A stretch of 64,000 bases of DNA from Lingula anatina (Eukaryota > Animalia > Brachiopoda): NCBI GenBank assembly GCA_051362555.1, contig CM120643.1, positions 8,680,001 through 8,744,000 of the forward strand, read 5' to 3'. The position numbers and the translations under genes are program-made. Of the stretch, positions 12,469 through 24,400 are shown in pieces. Every line of letters starts with the position of its first letter. Position 1 is the first letter of the stretch. Below the pieces are notes generated by a model. The model was not told the origin of the DNA. It did not search any database and saw only the letters and a program-made list of their open reading frames with translations.

Positions 12469-15400
12469 TAATATTTAGAGAAATTTCTTAGCCTGGTGTT
12501 TTGGCTTCAAGGCGACAAATTAACTCCAACATATGCTAGTGACAACGGTATAGAAAGCTGGATATTTTAGAACTTTATTGTACCACCAGCGTTAGCGCTT
12601 CTCCTCCTAGACGGTAAGGGCCTCGATATCCATCTCTTGGATTTAGGTCACCTATAATCTCAACTCAAACCACGTAAAATTTGGGCTTTGTCGGTATTGG
12701 GGTCTAGGTGTGGCACTCATTGCAATGCACCCTTGTCCAAAAATGGCAAAATTAAATGCTAATTATTTACCCTACGGAAGAAATTATGGGAAAAATTTCT
12801 ACAAACGGCTTTCCAAAAGTCATATGTGTAGATTTCAAATATACCCTTGGATTTGACCTTTGACCTTTATTTCAAGGTCAAATGGGCCAAAATTTTCTAA
12901 AAAACAAATTTTTTTACGAAAAAAAAAAAATTTGCGCTGTTATTCAGACACCACACAGACTTAACCAATAATATTATTGGAAAGTGTTACCCTTCGGGTC
13001 ATCTTTCATCTGCGTGAATTTAGGGTCAATTGGTGCATTTTCACTGGAGTAGCGGTCATAAGATACTGAAACTGAAAACTGTCTCTAATTCGGGAACCGT
13101 TAATGCTAGAGAATGCATGTAAAGCCCAACACTAGTGGTGGTCTCTGTTTTTTTGTATTCCATACGTTTTTGAGTTATGCTGTATCAAAAAGTACATATT
13201 GGTGGTGAAAGCAAAATGTGCAGTACGGTAATGGATAATAAATTTTGAACCCTGGAAAAATAAAACATAAGGCTTGGCGAGGCAGACAACTTGAGGTCAA
13301 AAATGACATTATTTTATCAAATTTGAACATCTGGAACTTCAGAGCACCTCCCATTTCAAGAATTTTGACCAAAATGACCTTTTCTTTATTTTAATTAATT
13401 TTTTCTGTAGGAAATTTATGGCACATTATTGTAACTACAAATTAAAACATTTAGTCCCTTATATCTCCAAAACTGGCAGAGATAGGTCCATAGTTACTAT
13501 TGAAGTTAGTAGGAAGTCATATACTGGCAATCTAAATGTGACCTTGAAATTGACCTTTGACCTACTTTTCATCATGAATTGAACTTTGCAAATTTTGGTT
13601 CCCTTTTATCTCCAAAACTGGCAGAGATAGGTCCATTGTTACTACTGAACTTGAATAGGAAGTCATATACTGGCAATCTAATTGTGACCTTGAAATTGAC
13701 CTTTGACCTACTTTACACCATAAACTGAACTTTGCAACTTTTTAATGCTTTTATTTTCAACCTGGCAGAGATAGGTCCATAGTTGTACCACCAGCGTTAG
13801 CGCTGGCGGTACACATGGTTTCGGTCCCGTCCGGATCGTTCCGCCGGCTCCGCCGGACGGCTACCGTTACCGCTTCTCCTCCTAGACGGTAAGGGCCCCC
13901 GTACCCATCTCATGGATTTAGGTCACCTATAATCTCAACTCGTTCCACGTAAAATTTGGGCTTTGTCGGTATTGGGGTCTGGGTGTGGCACTCATTACAA
14001 TGCACCCTTGTCTAAAAATGGCAAAATTAAATGCTAATTATCTACCCTACGGAAGGAGTTATGGGAAAAATTTCTATAGACGGCTTTCCAAAAGTCATAT
14101 GTGTAGATTTCAAATATACCCTTGGATTTGACCTTTGACCTTTACTTCAAGGTCAAATGGGCCAAAATTTTCAAAAAAATGAAATTTTTTACGAAAAAAA
14201 TTTTTTTTGCCCTGTTATTCAGACACTACACAGACTTAACCAATAATATTATTGGAAAGTGTTACCCTTCAGGTGATCTTTCATCTCCATGAATTTGGGG
14301 TCAATCGGTGCATTTTCACGGGAGAAGCGGCCATAAGATACCGAAACTGAAAACTGTCTCTAATTCGGGAACCGTTATTGCTAGAGACCCATTCTTTTTT
14401 GCATTTTGTAGAGCATGTAAAGCCCAACACTGGAAGTGGTCTCGTTTTTTTTGTATTCCATACGGTTTTCGAGTTATATTGGTGGTAAAAGCAAAATGTG
14501 CAGTACGGTAATGGATAATAAATTTTGAACTCTGGAAAAATAAAACATAAGGCTTGGCAAAGCAGACAACTTGTGTTCAAAAATGACATTATTTCATCAA
14601 ATTTGAACTTCTGAAACTTCAGAGCACCTCCTATTTCAAGAATTTTGACCAAAATGACATTTTCTTTGTTTAAATTAATTTTTTCTGTACGAAATTTAAG
14701 GCACATTATGGTAACTCCAAAATTATAACATTTAGTCCCTTATATCTCCAAAACTGGCAGAGATAGGTCCATAGTTACTATTGAAGTTGAATAGGAAGTC
14801 ATATACTGGCAATCTTACTGTGACCTTGAAATTGACCTTTGACCTACTGTTCACCATGAACTGAACTTTGCAAATTTTGCTTCCCTTTTATCTCCAAAAC
14901 TGGCAGAGATAGGTCCATAGTTTCTATTGAACTTGAATAGGAAGTCATACACTGGCAATCTAAATGTGACCTTGAAATTGACCTTTGACCTTCTTTTCAC
15001 CATGAACTGAACTTTGCAAATTTTGCTTCCCTTTTATCTCCAAAACTGGCAGAGATAGGTCCATAGTTACTATTGAACTTGAATAGGAAGTCATATACTG
15101 GCAATCAAAATGTGATCTTAAAATTGACCTTTGACCTACTTTTCACCATGAATTGAACTTTGCAAATTTTGCTTTCCTTTTATCTCCAAAACTGGCAGAG
15201 ATAGGTCCGTAGTTACTATTGAACTTGAATAGGAAGTCATATACTGGCAATCTATATGTGACCTTAAAATTGACCTTTGACCTACTTTTCACCATGAATT
15301 GAACTTTGCAAATTTTGCTTCCCTTTTATCTCCAAAACTGGCTGAGATAGGTCCATAGTTAGTATTGAACTTGAATAGAAAGTCATATACTGGCAATCTA

Positions 15401-18400
15401 AATGTGACCTTGAAATTGACCTTTGACCTACTTTTCACCATGAATTGAACTTTGCAAATTTTGCTTTCCTTTTATCTCCAAAACTGGCAGAGATAGGTCC
15501 GTAGTTACTATTGAACTTGAATAGGAAGTCATATACTGGCAATCTATATGTGACCTTAAAATTGACCTTTGACCTACTTTTCACCATGAATTGAACTTTG
15601 CAAATTTTGCTTTCCTTTTATCTCCAAAACTGGCAGAGATAGGTCCGTAGTTACTATTGAACTTGAATAGGAAGTCATTTACTGGCAATCTATATGTGAC
15701 CTTAAAATTGACCTTTGACCTACTTTTCACCATGAACTGAACTTTGCAAATTTTTCTTCCCTTTTATCTCCAAAACTGGCAGAGATAGGTCCATAGTTAC
15801 TATTGAACTTGAATAGGAAGTCATATACTGGCAATCTAAATGTGACCTTAAAATTGACCTTTGACCTACTTTACACCATGAACTGAATTTTGCAAATTTT
15901 GCTTTTCTTTTATCTCCAAAACTGGCAGAGATAGGTCCGTAGTTACTATTGAACTTGAATAGAAAGTCATATACTGGCAATCTAAATGTGATCTTGAAAT
16001 TGACCTTTGACCTACTTTTCACCATGAATTGAACTTTGCAAATTTTGCTTTCCTTTTATCTCCAAAACTGGCAGAGATAGGTCCGTAGTTACTATTGAAC
16101 TTGAATAGGAAGTCATATACTGGCAATCTATATGTGACCTTAAAATTGACCTTTGACCTACTTTTCACCATGAATTGAACTTTGCAAATTTTGCTTTCCT
16201 TTTATCTCCAAAACTGGCAGAGATAGGTCCGTAGTTACTATTGAACTTGAATAGGAAGTCATATACTGGCAATCTATATGTGACCTTAAAATTGACCTTT
16301 GACCTACTTTTCACCATGAATTGAACTTTGCAAATTTTGCTTTCCTTTTATCTCCAAAACTGGCAGAGATAGGTCCATAGTTACTATTGAACTTGAATAG
16401 GAAGTCATATACTGGCAATCTAAATGTGACCTTAAAATTGACCTTTGACCTACTTTACACCATGAACTGAATTTTGCAAATTTTACTTTTCTTTTATCTC
16501 CAAAACTGGCAGAGATAGGTCCATAGTTACTATTGAACTTGAATAGGAAGTCATATACTGGCAATCTAAATGTGACCTTAAAATTGACCTTTGACCTAAT
16601 TTTCACCATGAACTGAACTTTGCAAATTTTTCTTCCCTTTTATCTCCAAAACTGGCAGAGATAGGTCCATAGTTACTCTTGAACTTGAATAGGAAGTCAT
16701 ATACTGGCAATTTACTGTGACCTTGAAATTGACCCTTGACCTATCTTACGAAGAACTTAAATTTGATTGTACCATATATATTTTTTGAAAAAGTTTAAAA
16801 ATTCTTGTTGATTGCATTTTTACAGCTTGTCAAGCACAAAACTGGTGGCTGTGTCCCTTATTTTGTGTATGTGGGGGTCTATATGAATGCGCTTGCTCCA
16901 GCTGGTGGTACAATATTCGGAGGCGGTATCGCCTCTCTGATCCTCTAGTTTCTATTGGATTTGAATAGAAAGTCATTAGAGGCAAGATACTGTGACCTTA
17001 AAATTGACCTTTGACCTACTTTTAACCATGAACTGAACTTTGAAAATTTTGCTCCCTTTTATCTCCAAAACTAGCAGAGATAGGTCCATAGTTACAATTG
17101 AACTTGAATAGGAAGTCATATACTGGCAATCTAAATGTGACCTTGAAATTTACATTTGACCTACTTTTCATCATGAATTGACCTTTGCAAATTTTGTTCC
17201 CTTTTATCTACAAAACTAGCAGAGATAGGTCCATAGTTACTATTGAACTTGAATAGTAAGTCATATACTGGCAATCTAAATGTGACCTTGAAATTGACCT
17301 TTGACCTACTTTTTATCATGAATTGAACTTCCCAAATTTTGGTTCCCTTTTATCTGCAAGAATGGCAGTGATATGTCCATTGTTATTATTGAATTTGAAT
17401 ATGAAGTCATTAAAGTCATTTACTGTGACCTTAAAATTGACCTTTGACCTACTTTTTACCATGAACTTAACTTTGCAAATTTTGGTTCCCTTTTATCTCC
17501 AAAACTGGCAAAGATACACCCATAGTTACTATTGAATTTGAATAGGAAGTTATATACTGGCAATCTAAATGTGACCTTGAAATTGACCCTTGACCTTCTT
17601 TACACCATAAACTGAACTTTGCAATTTTTTAATGCTTTTATTTTCAAAACTGGCAGAGATACGCCCATAGTTACTTTTGAATTTGAATAAAAAGTCATTA
17701 GAGGCAATTTACTGTGACCTTAAAATTGACCTTTGACCTACTTTTTACCATGAACTTAACTTTGCAAATTTTGGTTCCCTTTTATCTCCAAAACTGGCAA
17801 AGATACATCCATAGTTACTATTGAATTTGAATAGGAAGTCATATACTGGCAATCTAATTGTGACCTTAAAATTGACCTTTGACCTACTTTTAACCATGAA
17901 CTGAACTTTGCAAATTTTGTTCCATTTTATCTACAAAACTAGCAGAGAGAGATCAATAGTTACTATTGAACTTGTATAGGAAGTCATATACTGGCAATCT
18001 AAATTTTGGTTCCCTTTTATCTCCAAGACTGACAATGATATGTCCATAGTTATTATTGAATTTGAATATGAAGTCATTAGAGGCAATTTACTGTGACCTT
18101 ATAATTGACCTTTGACCTACTTTTTACCATGAACTTAACATTGCAAATGTTGGTTCCCTTTTATTTCCAAAACTGTCAAAAATATGCCCATAGTAACTAT
18201 TGAATTTGAATAGAAGTCATTAGAGGCAATTTGCTGTGACCTTTAAATTGACCTTTGACCTACTTTTTACCATGAACTTAACTTTGCAAATTTTGGTTCC
18301 CTTTTATCTCCAAAACTGGCAAAGATACATCCTTAGTTACTATTGAATTTGAATAGGAAGTCATATACTGGCAATCTAATTGTGACCTTAAAATTGACCT

Positions 18401-21400
18401 TTGACCTACTTTTAACCATGAACTGAACTTTGCAAATTTTGTTCCATTTTATCTACAAAACTAGCAGAGAGAGATCAATAGTTACTATTGAACTTGTATA
18501 GGAAGTCATATACTGGCAATCTAAATTTTGGTTCCCTTTTATCTCCAAGACTGACAATGATATGTCCATAGTTATTATTGAATTTGAATATGAAGTCATT
18601 AGAGGCAATTTACTGTGACCTTATAATTGACCTTTGACCTACTTTTTACCATGAACTTAACATTGCAAATGTTGGTTCCCTTTTATTTCCAAAACTGTCA
18701 AAAATATGCCCATAGTAACTATTGAATTTGAATAGAAGTCATTAGAGGCAATTTGCTGTGACCTTTAAATTGACCTTTGACCTACTTATCACCATGAACT
18801 GAACTTTGCTAATTTCTTTCCCTTTTACCTCCAAACCTGGCAGAGATATGTCCATAGTTACTATTAAAGTTGAATAGGAAGTCATATAGTTGTAATCTTA
18901 CTCTGACCTTGAAATTGACCTTTTACCTACTTTACACCATAAACTGAACTTTGCAACTTTTTAATGCTTTTATTTTCAAAACTGGCAGAGATAGGCCCAT
19001 AGTTACTATTGAATTTGAATAGAAAGTCATACAAGGCAATTTACTGTGACCTTAAAATTGACCTTTGACCTACTTTTCATCATGAATTGAACTTTGCAAA
19101 TTTTCATTCCCTTTTATCTCCAAAACTGGCAGAGATAGGTCCACAGTTACTATTGAACTTGAATAGGAAGTCATATACTGGAAATTTACTGTGACCTTGA
19201 AATTGACCTTTGACCTACCTTACTATGAACTGAACCTTGATTGTACCATTTTTAGTTATATATATTTTTTTGCATATTTTGAGAATTCTTGTTGATTGCA
19301 TTTTTTACAGCTTGTCAAGCACAAGACTGGTGGTGGTGTCCCTTTTTTGTGTGTGGGGGGGTCTATACGATCGTGCTTACTCCAGCTGGTGGTACAATAT
19401 TCGGAGGCGGTATCGCCTCTCTGATCCTCTAGTTTTTATATACCATAGTTTTGCATTTAACATGTTGCATTGAACATAAGTATTAAAAAATTTATTAAGA
19501 AGTTATTCTGAAATAAAATGTACAAAAATTCTCAGAATAAAAAAATGTAATAGTTACATTAAATATAGACAAATACAACTGTTTTTGTTTGTTTGATATG
19601 TCTTTAGTGAAAGAAAGACAAGACCTGAAGTGTAACAGTTGCTTTCTGTTTTTCATTTAAGAATTGACTATTCTGGATTCTGCTCTCTGGCTTGCCTGCC
19701 TCTACCACCATCTTGAAAAAACGCCAGCAGATGACCATGACACCATGGAGACCATCCTCTCCCTACCCATAATTCCATTGGTGAATGGATCAGTTGTTGC
19801 TCTCTCAGAGAATACTGTGTTTTTCTCAGCTGCCAAAAGGTCTCCGACAGGGAAGAGTGCCAGTATGTGTATAATTATATGAATCAGATGTTTAGGCTAT
19901 TTCAGTGGATATTTTATTTATTTATTTATTCATTTATTTATTTACTGTGTTTTTGAATGTTTGTTCCATCCGCGAAGTTATAGATAATTCTTTTTAAGTC
20001 TTTAAAAAAGATAAAATGTAATTCTCACACCAGCTTAAGTTTAGACATTGTGACAGTTTGGACTGAAGTTGTTTGTTTTTACTTTTTTTCTTAATTTTTT
20101 GGTATGAAAAAATTAATGTAGTAATGTTTGTCTTGATTACAACATGTAAGGAGACTAATATTATCCTCGTTCATTTACAAATCTTATTAAAACATGTTTG
20201 AAAAATAAACTAACTTTATTTATGACATAATTATTTTTTAAAAACTGATCCCTTTCCAGGTGCCTCCATGCAAGCAGCATTGACAGTTCTAGAGCAGGAC
20301 ATCCCTACTGTCCATCCAGATGTCCTGAGGTCACTGGACGGTGTCCAGAACTCTTCGGTTAAGAGGATGCTAGAAAACATGGGTGTCAAACACATCAGTT
20401 CGGAGGATGTTATCAAAAAACATGTCCTTCCATGCTTTGCCTCTGGGAAATGGAAAGTGAGTGAAATAATGAAGTTGATTTAGCATTGTTGTTGTTGTTT
20501 GATTTTTGTTTTGGCCTAAACCTTATCTTTAAGTTTATTTATTCACAGTGTGAAGGAGGATTATTTAAGTTGTTTTGATGAACTTTTTCTTAATTTCATT
20601 TCATTAAAAGTAAAGTGTATTAGTGAATGGCCATTTATTCCTCTATTTACTTTATTTATGTCTGGTTACCAGCCATTCATCCATTCATCCACATACTGAG
20701 TAGAAAAATTGAAATGTTTTTACTCTGTTTCTGAAAGAAATAAGCAAATATTATTCTTTTGTATCACTACAATATCTATAGGAGAAGTCAACTGATTTGC
20801 TGTTGGCCTATGTTCAACTGATCAAAGAACAGTGGACCAGTGACAAGCAGTCTTTGAACATGCTGGAAGTGAGGAGGGTCATTCAAGTTCAACTGACCAA
20901 CGGTCATTTTGTCAACCCACAAGACACAACAGTACAGCTTTCCAGGGAATATCTCAGCATGTTTGATCTTCCCAGCATGTTTCCAGGTAAGAGCATCTTG
21001 AATCGGAAAGAACAGTAGGTTGATCGAGACTGCACGCACATGTGCATGCACGCACATGCAAACATTAGTATGTACAAGCTTAAACTCTCTTACATTATGT
21101 GACATAAAAGGATAAAAGTCATAGGAAAATGAGGCAGCCCAAGGCAACCCCACAAATGAAATTTGTGCAAAATTGTTGGTAAATAATAACTTTTGCTGAC
21201 TCGTCGCATCATAATTTTTAGGATGATGAGTCTTATTGAATATTTGATATATAATTTTTATCCCTAAGGCCATAACATTTAATACAGGCAACAATTTGCT
21301 ACATTGTTATTATTGTTAAAACGATCAGGATAGAGGGGTTATATAATAAAAGCGGCCTTGTTTGGCCAAATCACAAACAATCAATACTCCTTGTTGCCTT

Positions 21401-24400
21401 CTTTCTTGCTATGAATGAGACCATAAAAAGTTTGTGGTACACTGAGATGGAGGAGACATAAAATATGTTCTTGCAAATTTGCAGCTAATTTGCTGGAAAT
21501 TTGCCGAAACACGAAGACTTTTCTTGCAAACCTGCTGCAAACTTAAGTTGTTATGGCAGGTTTGTTGCAAATTAGCAGCAATAAATTTTTTTCTCGCAAA
21601 ACCCTGCAAATTAAAAGTTTGCAACAAATTTGCAGCAATTTTGCCACAATATAGCAGCTGCAAAATTTTCATTTTGTAAGGGTGGTACATGTATGGGCAA
21701 TCATTTGATGTAGGAATAGTCAATATGTTCTGAACCAGATAGACAAAGTCTGCTGTAACCCTTCAGCTGCTACAGGTCAGTTCCCTTTTTAAATGTTGTT
21801 TTTTATAATAAGTTTTGTAAATTGTGTTTTGTTCAAAGAATTTTTCTCCTTACAGACTCTGTCTGGAACATCGTCAGTAGTGCCTACCTAGACCTTTCTG
21901 CCTTGTCATCCAAACAGACCACTTCGAACAGGCAACAATGGAAGAAGTTTCTTTTGGCACTAGGAGTCAAGGAATTCCTGGCTGTGGACAAAATAGAAGT
22001 GGTCCTTAAACACAGCGAATTGGTAAATGTGAATATTGAATATTAAATAAAAAATTAAACTTCTAGTTCTCAGCAAATACATGTAGTTATGTTGATCTCA
22101 AAGGCATATATTGTTCATAAGACCTTAAAAAAGATTAATTAAAAAGTCTTAGATTAATATTTGTGGAATTTTCACTTTGTCAGCAAGGTATACTCATCCA
22201 AAAATGTTGAGAAAAATACTATCTGTGCACCTGTTTTAGAGTTTTAAATTTATGCTTATCACAGTTACAAGTAAAATTCACCAGTCTATGTCTCCCATCC
22301 ATCTTCACATGAGAGTGGCTTGTACTTGGGAATAATTTTATTTTCAAATTAATTTTATGATTCAAAAACCAGTCTACAAATAGTAATTTTGGCAATGGTT
22401 TGAGATATGATATGTCTTGGTGATAAGGGGAAAAGTATTTTTCAATATTTGAAGGTTAACAAGAAAATTTAAACCTATGTATGTAAATAAAGGTTTGAAA
22501 TTCATTATGTACCTTTCATAGTCAATAACAAACAAATAAATGAATTTGACTATTTTCAGTGTTGGGTTTAATTTAGAATTAATTTATTCGACTTCAGGAT
22601 TCTTCTCCTTGGGCCTGGATGAAGGACTTGTTCCCTGCATATGAGGGCAGATACTTCATTGATGACCAGGTTTGCCCACAGTTTGACCAGCTGACCAGCC
22701 AAGTGGACAGTCCAGCCAAATACCACCAGATGGTGGTTCTACTCCAGGCATTAGATGGCTTGTGGGAGGCTCAGTATGCCAATTACAAATGGGCCACAGT
22801 TTACGACGAGGACAAAAAAGAACTGAAACAAGTGGAGTCGTCGTTTTTCATGAATGTGAAAAAGTTGCCATGGATACCATCAGAGAAAGGAAAATTTGGT
22901 GCTTTCAGAAATAGAGGTGGTGCCAGTGACCATCTAGAGATGGAAAATGTACTTTTGCATGGCAGCACCATATATATAAGGCACAAAGCAATAGAAAGCC
23001 TGCTAGGAGAGCATGTCCCATATCTTGCCAGGGGGATTCAGTTGAAATCATCTCTGTGCAAAGAACTCGGAGTACAGGCTTTGTTGTCTAATGAAGCTGT
23101 ACTTGAACATCTAAAAGAATGGTCGGAGGCAAGCAATCAAGGTCAAATATTTGTCACCACAGTAAGGCATATGAAGAATGTGTATTGGCATTTTGAAAGA
23201 TATATAGCAGATGGACTGAAAGAATTGTTTGGTCAGAATGACTTCATATTTGTTCCTAAAGAAGATGGCGTCACTTACCAGACCAATGCGTTCGTAGCTG
23301 GTGAATTTCTGCCTTTGAAGATGGTGTGTTGGCATGACCCCACGGGGCTGGTGCAGAAATATGGCACACAGGGGAAAGATGCTGGAATGACTGGTCTAAA
23401 AAAGAAATACAAGAGGGAATTGGACCATGTCTATCCTGACATGGAAGCATTCTTCAGAGGTATTTTACAAGTCATGGAAACCCCCACTATGAAAGAGTAT
23501 GTTCAACTTCTACAAGAAATAGCAGAAGAGAACCCTGTGCCCAACCATGCAGCCACACTCCATGCTTACAAGATTTTTGAAATACTTGGCCAGAAATGTA
23601 AAAAGAAGGAAAATCCAAGTGGCATTGTTGGCCAAAAAGGTAGAGGAATCCTCTCGGAACTCTCAGATGCTTCTTCCACTGTTGAATTGAACTCGATTTT
23701 TGCGGGGCAGTTGAAACATTTATTGGAAACTGCTGATGTGATACCGACCTCCAGCAACAAGTGGGTTCAGGTTCAAGAGGAGCCGCTCCTGGCAGATGAC
23801 CCACGTCTTGCAGAGCTCTTCAAGAAACAGGTGGCTGAGAAGATCCTACTGGTGGCTGAACCTGTTGTTGCAGGTACAGAGAGAAATGATTGTTTACATA
23901 TCTTGATTTTTTTCTTGAGGTTATATTCAAACCATTAAAAGCACCGAAGTGATTATTAAAAAAAAAAGTATATTTTTATTAACTTAAAGATGTCTTTCTG
24001 TTTTAAGTCTAATGAAGGGAATGTCTCTTACTACCCTTCAGTTGAAACATTTCTTCTGATTTCAGCCAATTAAAAAATGGTTACTATACCTTTATTTTAG
24101 TACTTCTTTGTGACAGGACCCTTTATTTAAGATTTGTCTCATGCTAAAAGATCAACTATAAATATTAATTTGCTGTGATATCTGAATGTTTTACAGGTAT
24201 TCAACAATCTAGTTCAGAGGACCAAGTTACTGAATTGAGGTCAAGGGCAGAATTTTTCTTCAAGGCTGTTGGAATCAAAACTCTTTCCGAGGGCGTAGAA
24301 CAGGAGGTGGTCCCAGAGAGCACACGCCCAAGCCCAGAAGTTCAGCAATATATTCATGAAGTGGTGCCTTATATACAACAGTTTTTGTTTTCCTCCCACC

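Larger units (their letters stand above)
12576..19432 (+). mobile_element. Helentron-associated non-autonomous element (HINE), outer/older copy, with 146-bp tandem array
   Basis: 5' TTGTACCACCAGC, 3' subterminal GCTGGTGGTACAA, 3' hairpin GAGGCGGTATCGCCTC, CTAG end followed by T-run; no TSD. Confidence 0.85.

Noticed and set aside
15720-16609. Two near-identical 101-aa ORFs
   Set aside because: By-products of the satellite periodicity.
14735-19240. CRISPR-like regular repeat array
   Set aside because: Whole 146-bp monomers repeat with no unique spacers, there are no cas genes and the context is a eukaryotic intron; it is a satellite.
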